Positions 8,397 to 19,698 of a stretch of DNA of 64,000 nucleotides are shown in pieces. A program made the position numbers and the translations under genes. The stretch comes from Alphaproteobacteria bacterium (lineage in GTDB: Bacteria; Pseudomonadota; Alphaproteobacteria; JAEULC01). Numbering within the stretch: position 1 is the stretch's first letter; each line of letters opens with the position of its first letter. The stretch is taken from assembly GCA_020846275.1 (NCBI GenBank), contig JADLEG010000174.1:3979-67978 (forward strand), written 5' to 3'. The notes under the pieces are model-generated. The model was not told where the DNA came from. It ran no database searches and saw only the letters and a program-made list of their open reading frames with translations.

Positions 8397-11300
8397 GGCG
8401 CGCCCCTGCACCATGAGCAGCTTGCGCGCCTCCCATTGAAGGCGGGCATCCAGCGAACCCAGATACTGCACCTTGCCGCCGGCCAGCGTGGCGATGGGCA
8501 ACCCGTCGCGGTAGAGGATACGGTTTCCCGGCAGGGCCGGCAATTTCGGCCCGGGCGTCAGGATGCCGGCGAGGTTCAGCGGATCGGCGCCCGACAGAGA
8601 CACCAGCGTGTCCTTGCCGGGCTCGCGGCGAAGGGCGCGGAGCGAGGCGATGGCCTGCGGCAGGGCATATTGCTCGCCGGAGAAGCCGGCGACAAAGCGG
8701 CCGCCGCGGATCTCGCCCCGCGCCTCGAGGCGGCGATAGACGCGAAGCAGATCGCGCCAGGGCGGCAGCCAGCTGGCCTCGCGTTCGAGCAGCCGCCAGA
8801 AGACGACGCCGTAGCGGAGCAGCAGGCGGCGCGCGACATGTTCCACCGCTTCCGGATTACCGCCGGCCGTCGGCATGGACGCGTTGTGCCGCGCCAACGC
8901 CCATCGGCCGGCATTCGCGATGCCCAGGATCGATCGCCCGCCGCTGTGCCGCCGCGCCAGCGACTTCTTCCGCTGGTTGGGCAGCAGCAAGGTCCGCAAT
9001 CCATCGAAGCTGTCCGACGTAATCAGGCCAAGGGCGACAAGCTCGGTCAGGCCCTCTTCGACTTGCGGTTCCAGCAGGCCCGCGCCCTCGGTCAATTCTT
9101 CAAAGAACGATGCGCCGTTCTCGCGCAAGAGCGCCAGCAGCGCGCGCGCCGGCGCTCCCTTCGGCATGGGCTCGTCGGGCGAGGCCAGGCTGGCCCACAA
9201 CCGGGCATGGCGGCGTGCCAGCAACGCGATGGGCGTGCTCCGCACGGCGCCGTGCCTGGCGCCGGCATGCGACGCGCCGGGCCTCAATCGCGCCCAGGTG
9301 ACGCGGCCCGCGACACAATGCTCGTCGAGCCAGGAGTGGTCGTAGCGGTTCAACCGCGCGGGCAGGATCGCGGCTTCCCAGGCGCCGGCGGGTGCCTCGA
9401 AGCCCTCGAGCTGCGCGACGATTTGCTCCAGCGCCGCGGAACCTTCCATGCGCGTGTCCGGCGTCACGCGCTGCCAGTTCAGCAGGAAGCGCATGAAATC
9501 GCGCGCGCTCACCGGCTCGATCTCGGCCCGCAACCGCTTGATCGTGTATTGGTGGATCCGCGCCAGCAGGCGGCGTTCGCACCACTGGTCTTCATTTACA
9601 CCGGGCGTGAAGCGCCCCTGCAGCGCAAACCCCTCGGCTTCAAGCCCGGCAAGCGCGGCCCGCACATCAGAGGATCCCAGGCCGAGCGCCGTGGCGAGAT
9701 CCAGCTCCGCGACCGGGCCCAGGCCTTCAAGGCGGCCGCGCAGGATTTCCGTCAGCGCTTCTTCGGCCACCCATTCCCGCGCCGCATGGGCTGGAGGAGG
9801 GGCTATGGCCGGGTCGAGATGGGCCTTCGGCCACAGCGCCCGAAACTGGGGCAGCCGCTCGGCGGCGATCCAGATGCGTTCGCCCGGCCTGGTCTGAAGC
9901 GAGGCCGCGCGCTTCTGGCGACCAAGGTCTGCCAGCCAGTCCCGCCAGTCCGGTTTCGCCTGCACCTCCGCGGCGGTCAGGAAGCCAAGCCAGACCAGCG
10001 CGTCGTGCAGCTCGTCGGCATTCTCCGCCGACGGCCAGGCTTCGCAACGAACGCGGGCAATGGCTTCCGGATCGAGCCGGCCGAGGTCCTTGACCGATTC
10101 GGGCGACGCCCAGCGACGGCCCATCACGGCCTGGGTCCGGCGTTCCTCCAGGGGCGCGTCGTCCAGGTACGCATAGGGCCGGGCCGACAGCACCTCGGCC
10201 GCCATGGGAGAGGGCTCGGTCAGGTCGCGCGCGACGACGGCGATCGAGCCGGACTCGAGCCCGGCCAGCAGGCGTTGCAGTCCCGGCAGGTCCATGGCCT
10301 CGTTCAGGCAATCCTCGATGGTTTGGCGCACCAGCGGATGATCGGGAATCTCGCGATCGCCCGGCAGGTTCTCCGCGCAGGCCAGTTGATCGGGAAAGAC
10401 GCTGCTGACGAGATCCTCGGCATTCATGCGCGCGATCTGCGGCGGCACCTTCTTGCCGCCCCGAAACCGCGGCAGGGCGAGCGCGATGCCGGCCACCCAG
10501 CGCCAGCGCGTGATGAACATGGGCGCGTCGAGCACGGCCTGGATCAGCAGCTCCCGGATGGTCGCCGAATGCAGGTAGCGCGCCACCTCGTCCAGCGGGA
10601 AGCTGTGCGCCGCGGTCAACGACAGGACGATATTGTCCTCGGTTGCCGCCGCCTGGAGCTCGAAATTGAACTTGCGGCAGAAGCGCTTGCGCAAGGCCAG
10701 GCCCCAGGCGCGGTTGAGGCGGCTGCCATGGGGCGAATGGATGACGAGCTGCATGCCGCCGGATTCGTCGAAAAAGCGTTCGAACACCAGCCGGTCCTGG
10801 GTTGGCACGCACCCCAGCGCCGCCTGCGCCGCGCCCAGATAGTCGCAGAGCTGGTCGGCGGCGGGATCGCCAAGGGCAAGCTCGGTCAGCAGCCAGGACC
10901 GGGCCGTGCGACCCGACGGTTCGTCCCGGAACCGGGCGCCAAGCTCGCCGCGCAGGCGCGAAACCGCGGACGAAAGCTCGTCGCTTCGGCCCGGCGCCTC
11001 GCCCAGCCAGAAGGGGATGTTGGGCGCCATGCCGGCGGCGTCGGCGACGCGCACCACGCCGCGCTCGACGCGCATGATCCGATAGGAATGATTGCCAAGC
11101 TGGAAGACGTCGCCGGCCAGGCTTTCGACGGCAAAGTCCTCGTTGACCGTGCCGATGGAGAGGCTCTCGGGTTCAAGGATGACCTGGTAGTCGGCGTTGT
11201 CGGGAATGGTTCCGCCGGACGTCAGCCCGGTCATCCGCGCGCCTCGCCGGCCGCGCAGCATCTGGTTGACGGCATCATGGTGCACGAGCGCGCCGCGCCG

Positions 11301-12704
11301 GCCGCGCCGGGTGGTGAAGCCTTCCGCCAATGTGGTCACGACGGCCTGGAAATCTTCGCGCGCGAGGTCGCGATAGGGCCAGGCACGCCGCACCAGCGCA
11401 TGGAGGCTGCTCCCATTCCAATCGACGGCAGCGGTCTCGGCGACAATTTGCTGCGCCAGTACGTCCAGCGGCGCACGGGGAATCGCCAGTCGATCCATCT
11501 CGCCGCGCCGAACACTGTCGAGCAGGGCCGCGGATTCGACCAGTTCGTCGCGCGACAGCGGGAAGATGCGGCCCTTCGGCACGCCGTTCACCGCGTGGCC
11601 CGACCGACCGATCCGCTGCAGGAAGCTCGCGATCGAGCGCGGGCTGGCGAGCTGGCAGACCAGGTCGACCTCGCCGATGTCGATGCCGAGTTCGAGCGAG
11701 GCGGTGGCCACCAGCGCCTTCAGCGTCCCGCCCTTGAGCCGCTGTTCGGCATCCAGCCGGTGCTCCTTGGCCAGGCTGCCGTGATGCGCCGCCACGTGCT
11801 GGCGGCCCAGGCGCTCGGACAATTGGCGGGTCACGCGCTCGGCCAGCCGGCGCGTATTGACGAAGATCAGCGTCGTGCGATGGGCCTCGATGAGTTGCGC
11901 CAGCCGGTCATAGACCTGCTGCCATACCTCCGCGGACATCACCGCTTCCAGCGGCGAGGAGGGCAATTCGATCGCCAGGTCGCGCTTGCGGCGATGGCCG
12001 CTATCGACGATGGTGCAGTCCGGCACGCCGTGCCGGACGGCACCGGCGCCGACCAGGAACTTGGCCATCAGATCGATCGGGTCCTGCGTCGCGGACAATC
12101 CGATCCGCACCAGGCCGGGGGGGCACAGCGCGGCAAGGCGCTCGAGCGACAGCGCGAGGTGCGCGCCGCGCTTGTTGGGAGCGAGCGAATGGATCTCGTC
12201 GACAATGACCGTCCGTACGGTCTGCAGCATCTTTCTGCCCGACACGGACCCGAGCAGCACATAGAGCGACTCCGGCGTGGTGACCAGGATATGGGGCGCC
12301 CGGCGGCGCAGGCGATCGCGCTCGGCCGACGGCGTATCGCCCGTCCTGACCGCGCTGCGGATCTCGATGTCCGGCAGCCCCTGCGCTTGCAGGGCCGCGC
12401 GGATCCCGGACAGCGGAACACCGAGATTGCGCTGGATGTCGTTCGACAGGGCCCGCAGCGGCGAAACATAGACCACGTAGGTCTCGTCCCGCAGTTCGCC
12501 GGCCAAGCCCTGCTGCACCAGGGAATCGATCGCGGCCATGAAGGCCGCCAGGGTCTTGCCCGAGCCGGTCGGGGCGGCGACCAGCGTGTGCCGGCGGGAT
12601 CGGATGGCCTGCCATGCCTGCGCCTGCGCCGGCGTGGGCGCCGCGAAGGTGCCCTCGAACCAGCGGGCGACGACGGGATGAAAAGCGTGCATCGGCATTG
12701 TCAT
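8373..12704 (-). CDS. lhr: ATP-dependent DEAD/DEAH-box helicase Lhr (large helicase-related protein)
   Basis: 1443 aa. The N-terminus has [13 protein letters not shown] (Walker A) and [14 protein letters not shown], followed by DEIH and the Lhr C-terminal extension. The size is typical of Lhr. Confidence 0.85.
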   Translation of the reverse strand: MTMPMHAFHPVVARWFEGTFAAPTPAQAQAWQAIRSRRHTLVAAPTGSGKTLAAFMAAIDSLVQQGLAGELRDETYVVYVSPLRALSNDIQRNLGVPLSGIRAALQAQGLPDIEIRSAVRTGDTPSAERDRLRRRAPHILVTTPESLYVLLGSVSGRKMLQTVRTVIVDEIHSLAPNKRGAHLALSLERLAALCPPGLVRIGLSATQDPIDLMAKFLVGAGAVRHGVPDCTIVDSGHRRKRDLAIELPSSPLEAVMSAEVWQQVYDRLAQLIEAHRTTLIFVNTRRLAERVTRQLSERLGRQHVAAHHGSLAKEHRLDAEQRLKGGTLKALVATASLELGIDIGEVDLVCQLASPRSIASFLQRIGRSGHAVNGVPKGRIFPLSRDELVESAALLDSVRRGEMDRLAIPRAPLDVLAQQIVAETAAVDWNGSSLHALVRRAWPYRDLAREDFQAVVTTLAEGFTTRRGRRGALVHHDAVNQMLRGRRGARMTGLTSGGTIPDNADYQVILEPESLSIGTVNEDFAVESLAGDVFQLGNHSYRIMRVERGVVRVADAAGMAPNIPFWLGEAPGRSDELSSAVSRLRGELGARFRDEPSGRTARSWLLTELALGDPAADQLCDYLGAAQAALGCVPTQDRLVFERFFDESGGMQLVIHSPHGSRLNRAWGLALRKRFCRKFNFELQAAATEDNIVLSLTAAHSFPLDEVARYLHSATIRELLIQAVLDAPMFITRWRWVAGIALALPRFRGGKKVPPQIARMNAEDLVSSVFPDQLACAENLPGDREIPDHPLVRQTIEDCLNEAMDLPGLQRLLAGLESGSIAVVARDLTEPSPMAAEVLSARPYAYLDDAPLEERRTQAVMGRRWASPESVKDLGRLDPEAIARVRCEAWPSAENADELHDALVWLGFLTAAEVQAKPDWRDWLADLGRQKRAASLQTRPGERIWIAAERLPQFRALWPKAHLDPAIAPPPAHAAREWVAEEALTEILRGRLEGLGPVAELDLATALGLGSSDVRAALAGLEAEGFALQGRFTPGVNEDQWCERRLLARIHQYTIKRLRAEIEPVSARDFMRFLLNWQRVTPDTRMEGSAALEQIVAQLEGFEAPAGAWEAAILPARLNRYDHSWLDEHCVAGRVTWARLRPGASHAGARHGAVRSTPIALLARRHARLWASLASPDEPMPKGAPARALLALLRENGASFFEELTEGAGLLEPQVEEGLTELVALGLITSDSFDGLRTLLLPNQRKKSLARRHSGGRSILGIANAGRWALARHNASMPTAGGNPEAVEHVARRLLLRYGVVFWRLLEREASWLPPWRDLLRVYRRLEARGEIRGGRFVAGFSGEQYALPQAIASLRALRREPGKDTLVSLSGADPLNLAGILTPGPKLPALPGNRILYRDGLPIATLAGGKVQYLGSLDARLQWEARKLLMVQGRASPPGLAA

Positions 12705-12950
12705 CTTTTTTGACCCTGCTCGGGCGCAGGTCGACGCCAGCCGGGCCGGTAAATCAGGAAATCCTATCGCCGGAGCAATCGAGATATGGCTTTTTCGTCC
12801 CGCCGGATCAATAGCGCGCAGGCGACAGGGTCGTGGCTTGCAAAGCGCAGCTTAGCCGAGCAGGAAGTGGGAGGAGAACTCAGCGATCGCAGATTCCCCG
12901 TATCCCGCTAGAATCCAGCGCCATTTCACCGCTTTGGCATGTGGTTGGGG

Positions 12951-13856
12951 CTATGGCAACAGGAACCGCTTTCGCTTCAGCACGCGTCGCGTGATCGCCA
13001 GAACCTTCTCGACCGCCGGCCGTTCGGCGCCGAGATGATACACGGCGGCCAGTTCCTGCTTGGGAATGGCCGGGCGGACGTCGAGGCGGCGCAACTCGCC
13101 GCTGCGCAGTTCCGACTGGACAATGCCGGTCGGCAGGAGGCTGATGCCGGCGACGGCGGCCGTCAGTCGCACGATGACCGACAGGTTGTTGCAGGTGCTG
13201 ACCCGCGCCACGTCGCAGCCCGCGCCGGCGAACCACTCGCGGACCAACACGATCAGGCGCGAGGGCTCGGGATTCGTGAAGATTTGGAACTTGGCGAGGT
13301 CGGCCGGTCGCAGGACGCGGTTTGGCAGGGCAAGACGCGGGCTGGCCACCCAGGCGATGTCCTGATTTCCCAGGTATTCGGTGCGCACGTGGCTGCCCAC
13401 GACCGGGTTGGCAATGAACGCGATATCCAGTTCACCGGCATTCACCTGATGGTTCAACACGGCGCTGTTTTCGATTGTCAGCGCCATTTTCAACGCCGGG
13501 TCTTCCTTCTCCATCAGTTGCAGCATCAGCGGAAGGCAGACCAGCGCAAAGCCATCGGGCGCACCGAGTCGCAACCGCGGCCGCAGCCGGTCGCCCACGT
13601 TCGGGCCGGCATCGGAGATTTCGCGCGCGATGGTCAGCAGGCGTTCCGCACGCTCCGCGAGCTCAAGTCCCGCAGGGGTGACGCGGATCTTGCGCCCTCT
13701 GCGCTCGAACAGCCTCGCGCCGATCGATCGTTCCAAGGCGCGGATGCGAACGCTGATGGTCGGCTGCGCGACGTGCAGACGTTCCGCCGCCGCGTGGAAG
13801 CTGCCGAGGGCGGCGATCCAATGAAATGCCTCGATCTGCGACAAGGTGACCTTCAT
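12951..13856 (-). CDS. LysR-family transcriptional regulator
   Basis: N-terminal HTH (LSQIEAFHWIAALGSFHAAAERLHVAQPTISVRIRALE) and a LysR substrate-binding domain. It is divergent from the hyuB-hyuA-TRAP operon. Confidence 0.85.
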   Translation of the reverse strand: MKVTLSQIEAFHWIAALGSFHAAAERLHVAQPTISVRIRALERSIGARLFERRGRKIRVTPAGLELAERAERLLTIAREISDAGPNVGDRLRPRLRLGAPDGFALVCLPLMLQLMEKEDPALKMALTIENSAVLNHQVNAGELDIAFIANPVVGSHVRTEYLGNQDIAWVASPRLALPNRVLRPADLAKFQIFTNPEPSRLIVLVREWFAGAGCDVARVSTCNNLSVIVRLTAAVAGISLLPTGIVQSELRSGELRRLDVRPAIPKQELAAVYHLGAERPAVEKVLAITRRVLKRKRFLLP

Positions 13857-13866
13857 CGATTAAAAT

Positions 13867-13890
13867 TTATAATCTGATTGCGGTATATAA
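13867..13890. promoter_or_regulatory. Putative LysR-type operator (T-N11-A-like inverted repeat TTATAAT-N10-TATATAA) in an AT-rich divergent promoter
   Basis: An inverted repeat TTATA...TATAA lies in the 80-bp AT-rich gap between the lysR start and the hyuB start. Confidence 0.25.
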
Positions 13891-13936
13891 TTCAATTTTA
13901 ATTTCAAGCGGAAACGCGTCTAGCATCCTTGGACAC

Positions 13937-15754
13937 ATGGGGCGGGGGACTGCGGCGATGGGCGAGGCGCGCGATCCGATTACATTCGAATTGTTCAAGA
14001 ACGCGATCTTTTCGATCGCCGACGAAATGGCGCTGACCATCGTGCGCACGTCCTATTCCGGGGTGATCAAGGACAACATGGACTTTTCGACCGCGTTCTG
14101 CGACGCGAACGGGAAGCTGGTTGCCCAGGGCCTGACCTTGCCCGGCCACCTGGGCTCCATCCCGACCGCGCTCGAGGCCGTCATGCGTCGCTATGGCGCC
14201 GACATGCAGCCCGGCGACGTATTCACGCTCAATGATCCGTTCGAGGGCGGCATGCACCTGCCGGACATCTTCGTGTTCCGGCCGATCTATGCCGAGGGCA
14301 GGCGCGTGGCTTTCAGCGCCACCGTGTGCCATCACACCGATGTCGGCGGCCGGGTGCCGGGCTCGAATGCCTCGGATTCGACGGAGATCTACCAGGAAGG
14401 TCTGCGCATCCCGCCGATGAAGCTCTATGCCGCCGGCGTGCGCAACGAGACCTTGTTCTCGCTGATCGAGCGCAACGTGCGGCTGCCGGTGCGCGTATTC
14501 GGCGACCTGCGCGCCCAACTCGCAGCGTGTCACATCGCCGAAGGGCAGTTCCTCGAGCTTGTGGCCCGCTATGGCGCCGACGAGACGGAAGCGATGATGC
14601 GCGAGGTGATCGACTATGCCGAGCGCCTGACGCGCGCTGCGCTGCGCGACCTGCCGGATGGCACCTACAGCTTCGAGGACTTTTTGGACGACGACGGGAT
14701 CGAGCTGGGCAAGCCGATCCGCCTGTTCGTGACTCTTCACAAGAAGGGCGACGGCATTGTCGCCGACTGGACCGGCACCTCGCCGCAGGTGAAGGGGGCG
14801 ATCAACAATACCCTCTCCTTCACCAAGGCTGCCAGCTACACGGCCATCCGCTCGGTCCTGCCCGAAGGCATTCCGAACAACGAGGGCGTGTTTCGCGCCA
14901 TCGAAGTGAAGGCGCCGCCCGGCACCATCGCCAACGCCGTGCTGCCCGCCGCTTGCGCCGCGCGCGGCCTCACCGGCCTGCGCATGACCGATTGCTGCTT
15001 CGGCGCCCTGGCGATGATGCTGCCCGATCGCGTGTTCGCGGCATCCGACGGGGGCGCCACCTGCATTACCATTGGCGGTTACTACGCCGATCGCAAGCCG
15101 TTCATCTATGCCGACTTCACGTCCGGCACCTGGGGCGGGCGGCCCTGGGCGGACGGACTCGAAGGCAATGCGCATATATTTGCCAATCTGGCCTCGCATT
15201 CCGTCGAGATCACCGAAGCCGAACAGCCGATCCAGATCCTGGGCTACGAATTCATGGCCGACCGCGGCGGGCCGGGCAAGTACCGCGGCGGCGCGCCCTT
15301 TTACCGCGAATACCGATTCATGGAGGGCGAGGCGATCCTCCAGGTGCGTTCGGACCGGCGCTATCGCCGCTGCTTCGGGCTCTATGGAGGATGGCCGGGC
15401 CGGCCGTCGATGAACACGGTCAACCCTGGCACCGAGGATCGCATCCTGCCCAGCAAGTTCACGACCATGATCAAGCGCGACGATATCTTCCGGCACGAGA
15501 TCGCCGGACCGGGGGGATGGGGCGATCCGCTGGAGCGCGAGCCGGCGCGGGTACTGCGCGACGTGCGAAACGAACTGGTGACGCCGGAGGCCGCGCAACG
15601 CGACTACGGCGTCGTGATCGACACCGCGGCCTGGGTCGTGGACGAGCTTGCCACCAGGCGGGAACGCGAGCGGCGCTTGGCCGGCCGAAAGGCCGTGCCG
15701 GCCATGGCGGTCGTTTGGGACGAGGCATCCGTCCTGGGCCTAGCGGCCGAGTAG
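13937..15754 (+). CDS. hydantoinase B / 5-oxoprolinase family protein (HyuB)
   Basis: Hydantoinase_B signatures (DPFEGGMHLPD, GGPGKYRGG). An ATG at 13958 is an alternative start. Confidence 0.8.
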   Translation: MGRGTAAMGEARDPITFELFKNAIFSIADEMALTIVRTSYSGVIKDNMDFSTAFCDANGKLVAQGLTLPGHLGSIPTALEAVMRRYGADMQPGDVFTLNDPFEGGMHLPDIFVFRPIYAEGRRVAFSATVCHHTDVGGRVPGSNASDSTEIYQEGLRIPPMKLYAAGVRNETLFSLIERNVRLPVRVFGDLRAQLAACHIAEGQFLELVARYGADETEAMMREVIDYAERLTRAALRDLPDGTYSFEDFLDDDGIELGKPIRLFVTLHKKGDGIVADWTGTSPQVKGAINNTLSFTKAASYTAIRSVLPEGIPNNEGVFRAIEVKAPPGTIANAVLPAACAARGLTGLRMTDCCFGALAMMLPDRVFAASDGGATCITIGGYYADRKPFIYADFTSGTWGGRPWADGLEGNAHIFANLASHSVEITEAEQPIQILGYEFMADRGGPGKYRGGAPFYREYRFMEGEAILQVRSDRRYRRCFGLYGGWPGRPSMNTVNPGTEDRILPSKFTTMIKRDDIFRHEIAGPGGWGDPLEREPARVLRDVRNELVTPEAAQRDYGVVIDTAAWVVDELATRRERERRLAGRKAVPAMAVVWDEASVLGLAAE

Positions 15755-15766
15755 CGGAAAACGGGC

Positions 15767-17869
15767 ATGGACGGCAGGGCTGGCTCCTCGTTTCGCGTCG
15801 GTGTCGACATTGGCGGCACCTTCACCGACATCGTCCTGATGTCGGACGACGGCGCATTGCACACCAAGAAGATTGCTTCCAGTGTCGACGACTATGCGCG
15901 CGCGATCGCGGAAGGCCTGGCTGAAACCTTCGCCGAAACCGGGCTGGGCAGCGACGACGTCGCGGAGATCCGTCATGGCACGACGGTCGGCTCGAATGCC
16001 ATCTTGGAACGAAAGGGCGCACGCACCGGCCTGATCGGCACCAAGGGGTTCCGCGACATATTGGATATCCGCACCCTGCGCATGCCGCGCCTCTACGACC
16101 TGCGCTGGGAAAAGCCAGCGCCGCTGGTCGAGCGCTACCTGCGCGTCACGGTGGACGAGCGGATCGACGCGCAAGGACGCGTCCAGCGGCCCCTTGACCC
16201 GAGCGAAGCCGAGGCGGCGGTCCGACGCCTGTTGCAGGAAAAGGTCGAGGCGATCGCGATCTGCCTCTTGAACTCCTTCACCAACGCCGCGCACGAACGG
16301 ATCATCCGCGATATCGTCGCCAGGATGGCGCCCGGCCTCACGGTGTGTAGCAGCTTCGAGGTGCTGCCCGAGATCAAGGAATACGAGCGTACCTCGACCA
16401 CCGTGATCAATGCCTACTTGAAGCCGGTCGTGCACCGCTACCTGCGCTCGCTGCGCGACAACCTGGACAAGTCCAAGATCAACGCACCGGTGCTGTTGAT
16501 GCAGTCGAATGGCGGCCTCACGACCGACCGCGCGGCGGCAGAACTGCCGATTCACATCGTCGAGTCGGGCCCGGCCGGCGGCGTCATCGGTTCGCAGGTG
16601 CTCGCCCGCGCCATGGGGTTGGGCCACGTCATCAGCTTCGACATGGGCGGCACCACGGCCAAGGCGTCGCTGATCGAGGCCGGCGAAGTGACCCGCGTGC
16701 ACGAGTGCGAGGTCGGAGGCGGCGTCATCGTCGGCTCGCGATTGCTGACCGGCGCGGGATACACGCTGAAGGTGCCGGCGATCGACCTGGCGGAAGTGGG
16801 CGCCGGCGGCGGCTCGCTGCTGTGGCTCGATGCCGGCGGCTCGCTGCGCGTCGGCCCACGCAGCGCGGGCGCTTCGCCCGGACCGGTATGCTACGACCAG
16901 GGCGGCAAGGAGCCGACGATCACCGACGCCAACGTCCTGCTCGGCTACATCAACCCCGGCTATCTCGTGGGCGGCGGCCTGCGGTTGAATGCGGACAAGG
17001 CGCGCGAGGCCGTCCGCGAGAAAATTGCCAAGCCGATGGGACTTTCGGTCGAGCACGCAGCGCATGGCGCGCACCAGATCGCCGCCGCCAACATGATTCG
17101 CGCCATCAAGTCGGTGTCGACCGAGCGCGGGCGCGATCCGCGCCAGTACACGATGATGGCCTTCGGCGGCAACGGGCCATTGTTCGCCGCCGGCATGGCG
17201 GAATCGCTCGGCATCAAGCGCATCGTGGTGCCGCCGGTACCAGGATTATTCTCCTCCTTCGGGCTTCTGTGCGCGGAGGTGGAGCATCACTATTCCCGCA
17301 CGTTCCGTCGTCTATTGAAGCAGGTCGACTTGGCCGAGTTGAACGCCGCCTGGAACCACATGGCCGACGAGGCGCGCAGGCAGCTCACGGACGAAGGTTT
17401 CATCGGCGATGCGCAGCGCATAGGACGAACGGCCAGCCTGCACTACCAGGGACAGACCTACGAGCTGAACGTGCCGGTGCCGGATGGCCCCATCGACCAA
17501 GCGGCCGTCGCCACGATTGCCGAAGCGTTTGGCCGCGAGCACGAACGCACATATGGCCATCGCGCCGGGCCCGAGGAGCCGGTGGAGTTGATCACCATCC
17601 TGGTCACCGGCCACGGCCTCTCGCGCCGGGCGCGCCTGCCCGAGCAGACCAGGCCCAGCCGCGCCGAAGGCGCGCGCCAGCCCGCACGCAAAGCCTATTT
17701 CGGCGCGAAGGTCGAATGGCTGGAAACGCCGGTATTGCGGCGCAGCGAGCTTGATGCCATGCCGCGCCAAGGGCCGATGATCATCGAGGAGTACGATGCC
17801 ACCTGCGTCGTGCCGCCCACGGCGCGTGCGTCGCTCGACTCCCGCGGCAATATCGTCATCGAGGTCTGA
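15767..17869 (+). CDS. hydantoinase A / 5-oxoprolinase family protein (HyuA)
   Basis: N-terminal VGVDIGGTFTDIV and ASKHD-fold HyuA N- and C-domains. It follows hyuB, which is an unusual B-then-A order. Confidence 0.8.
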   Translation: MDGRAGSSFRVGVDIGGTFTDIVLMSDDGALHTKKIASSVDDYARAIAEGLAETFAETGLGSDDVAEIRHGTTVGSNAILERKGARTGLIGTKGFRDILDIRTLRMPRLYDLRWEKPAPLVERYLRVTVDERIDAQGRVQRPLDPSEAEAAVRRLLQEKVEAIAICLLNSFTNAAHERIIRDIVARMAPGLTVCSSFEVLPEIKEYERTSTTVINAYLKPVVHRYLRSLRDNLDKSKINAPVLLMQSNGGLTTDRAAAELPIHIVESGPAGGVIGSQVLARAMGLGHVISFDMGGTTAKASLIEAGEVTRVHECEVGGGVIVGSRLLTGAGYTLKVPAIDLAEVGAGGGSLLWLDAGGSLRVGPRSAGASPGPVCYDQGGKEPTITDANVLLGYINPGYLVGGGLRLNADKAREAVREKIAKPMGLSVEHAAHGAHQIAAANMIRAIKSVSTERGRDPRQYTMMAFGGNGPLFAAGMAESLGIKRIVVPPVPGLFSSFGLLCAEVEHHYSRTFRRLLKQVDLAELNAAWNHMADEARRQLTDEGFIGDAQRIGRTASLHYQGQTYELNVPVPDGPIDQAAVATIAEAFGREHERTYGHRAGPEEPVELITILVTGHGLSRRARLPEQTRPSRAEGARQPARKAYFGAKVEWLETPVLRRSELDAMPRQGPMIIEEYDATCVVPPTARASLDSRGNIVIEV

Positions 17870-17985
17870 GGTGGAATTGCACGACCGGATGCAGGGGTTC
17901 GCACCGGTCGGTTTGAGACAGTTTCAGCGATGCCGAGCCGGGATTGTTGGGGTGTTCCGAATCTGATCTGGAAAAGGGGGAGAAA

Positions 17986-19044
17986 ATGACGAGCCTATGG
18001 ATGGGGATGCTGGCGCTGGGAGCGTTGGCCTTGGGAGCGGCGGCCGCCGGGCCGGCCGATGCGCAACTGCCGAAGACCCACATCAAAGGCGTGGGTGAGA
18101 CGACGGCGATCATCAATGGCTCGCTCCTGGAGCAACCGTTCTGGAAGGAGACGATCCCACAGGCATCGGGCGGCGCGATCACGGGCGATGTCCTTCCGTT
18201 TGACCAGCTCGGCCTGGACAATGCCGCTGTCCTGCGGCTGATGAAGTTGGGCGGCATGGATTTCGGCACGACCGATCTCAGCCGCCTTGCCGCCGACGAT
18301 CCGCGATTCGAGGGCTGCGACCTGGCCGGCGTGACATTGTCCATCGATAAGGCGCGCGCTGGATGCGACGCCTATCGCCCGGTCCTCGACCGGCTTCTGC
18401 AAGAAAACTGGAACGCCAAGCTGCTCTATATCGGCGTGGCACAGCAGCAGATCTTCTGGTGCCGCGTTCCCGTCGTGACGCTGGCCGATCTCAAGGGCAA
18501 GAAGGTGCGAGTCTTCAACAAGACGATGGTCGACTTCCTGGACGGCATCGGCGCCACTGGCGTCAGCATGGCGTTTCCCGAGGTGGTGCCGTCGCTGCAG
18601 CGCGGCGTGATCGACTGCGGCGTGACCGGTACGCTCAGCGGCAATACCGGCGGCTGGGGCGAGGTGACAACGCACCAGTATCCGGTCGCCCTTGGCTGGG
18701 CGATCCGCTTCACGGCGGTGAACGTGAACTCGTGGAAGCGGTTCGATCCCAAGGTCCAGGAATTCTTCGCGGAACAGTACAAGAAGTTCGAGGACAAGGT
18801 CTGGACGACCATGGCCGAGGCGGCGCAGGACGCCGAGAACTGCAATACCGGCAAGCCTTGCAAGTACGGCAAACAGGCGAAGCTGACGATCGCCACCATC
18901 CGTCCGGAGGACATGGCGGAGTACAAGCGCCTGGTGGAAAACGCCGTGCTGGGAAAGTGGGCCAAGCGTTGCGGCGATGCCTGCACCAAGGAATGGAACG
19001 CGACGGTCGGCAAGGCCCTCGGCCTTGTCGCGGAGGCGAAATAG
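17986..19044 (+). CDS. TRAP-transporter substrate-binding protein (DctP-like, divergent, with a Cys-containing C-terminal region)
   Basis: Signal peptide MTSLWMGMLALGALALGAAAAGPADA. DctQ and DctM genes follow. The C-terminus has CNTGKPC and CGDAC motifs, unusual for DctP. Confidence 0.55.
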   Translation: MTSLWMGMLALGALALGAAAAGPADAQLPKTHIKGVGETTAIINGSLLEQPFWKETIPQASGGAITGDVLPFDQLGLDNAAVLRLMKLGGMDFGTTDLSRLAADDPRFEGCDLAGVTLSIDKARAGCDAYRPVLDRLLQENWNAKLLYIGVAQQQIFWCRVPVVTLADLKGKKVRVFNKTMVDFLDGIGATGVSMAFPEVVPSLQRGVIDCGVTGTLSGNTGGWGEVTTHQYPVALGWAIRFTAVNVNSWKRFDPKVQEFFAEQYKKFEDKVWTTMAEAAQDAENCNTGKPCKYGKQAKLTIATIRPEDMAEYKRLVENAVLGKWAKRCGDACTKEWNATVGKALGLVAEAK

Positions 19045-19053
19045 CGTAGTCGC

Positions 19054-19081
19054 GGGCGGCCGGCAACCGCACCGGCCGCCC
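19054..19081 (+). other. Intercistronic stem-loop between the binding-protein gene and the permease genes (10-bp perfect GC stem GGGCGGCCGG / CCGGCCGCCC, 8-nt loop)
   Basis: Read directly from the sequence. It has no U-tract, so it is more likely an mRNA-stabilising or attenuating hairpin than a terminator. Confidence 0.35.
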
Positions 19082-19104
19082 CTCGCGGAGGGGCAAACCC
19101 GCCA

Positions 19105-19698
19105 ATGAACGCATTGCATCGGCTGGCGTTCGCCATCTCACGGGTAGGCGCGCTTGTAGGCGGCGCGATGCTGCTGCTCGCGGCAATCATCATCGGCATT
19201 GACATCTTGATGCGCGCATTACTGTCGAGATCGATCGGCGGCGCAGACGAACTCTCGGGCTATGCACTGGCGATATCGACCGCCTGGGGCCTTAGCTTCG
19301 CATTGCTGCACCGGGCGCATATCCGGATCGACTCCTTCTACGAATTGCTGCCCGCGCCAATCCGTGCGGCGCTGGACCTTGTCAGCTTGCTTTGCTTCAT
19401 CCTGTTCATGAGCCTGATCGCCTGGCATGGCTGGGGCGTGCTTTCGCAGACCCTTTCCTCCGGCACCCGATCGATTTCCGCTCTCGCCACGCCGCTGGTC
19501 ATACCCCAGACGATGTGGCTTGCCGGCCTCGTGTTCCTGATCCTGGTCCTGGTTCTGCTACTCCTCGAAGCATTGATGGCCTGGAAGCGCGGCGACCTGC
19601 ACACGCTGTCCACCCTTGTCGGCTCCAAGGCAGTACGCGAGGAGATCGACGAGGAAATCGAGCAGTCGCAGCCGGCCAAGGAGCTTTCCCGCCCGTGA
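19105..19698 (+). CDS. TRAP transporter small permease (DctQ)
   Basis: 197 aa with four TM segments in the DctQ pattern. Confidence 0.7.
   Translation: MNALHRLAFAISRVGALVGGAMLLLAAIIIGIDILMRALLSRSIGGADELSGYALAISTAWGLSFALLHRAHIRIDSFYELLPAPIRAALDLVSLLCFILFMSLIAWHGWGVLSQTLSSGTRSISALATPLVIPQTMWLAGLVFLILVLVLLLLEALMAWKRGDLHTLSTLVGSKAVREEIDEEIEQSQPAKELSRP

Noticed and set aside
8436-12713. 1425-aa ORF on the plus strand, the longest in the track
   Set aside because: It is exactly antisense to the lhr gene, has Arg/Ala/Gly-rich low-complexity translation typical of high-GC shadow ORFs, and shows no recognisable motifs. Lhr on the minus strand has clear helicase motifs.
12705-12950. 246-nt gap between lysR and lhr as a possible small RNA or leader peptide locus
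   Set aside because: It has no convincing promoter/terminator pair, hairpin or conserved-looking ORF. It is most simply the lhr promoter and 5' UTR.
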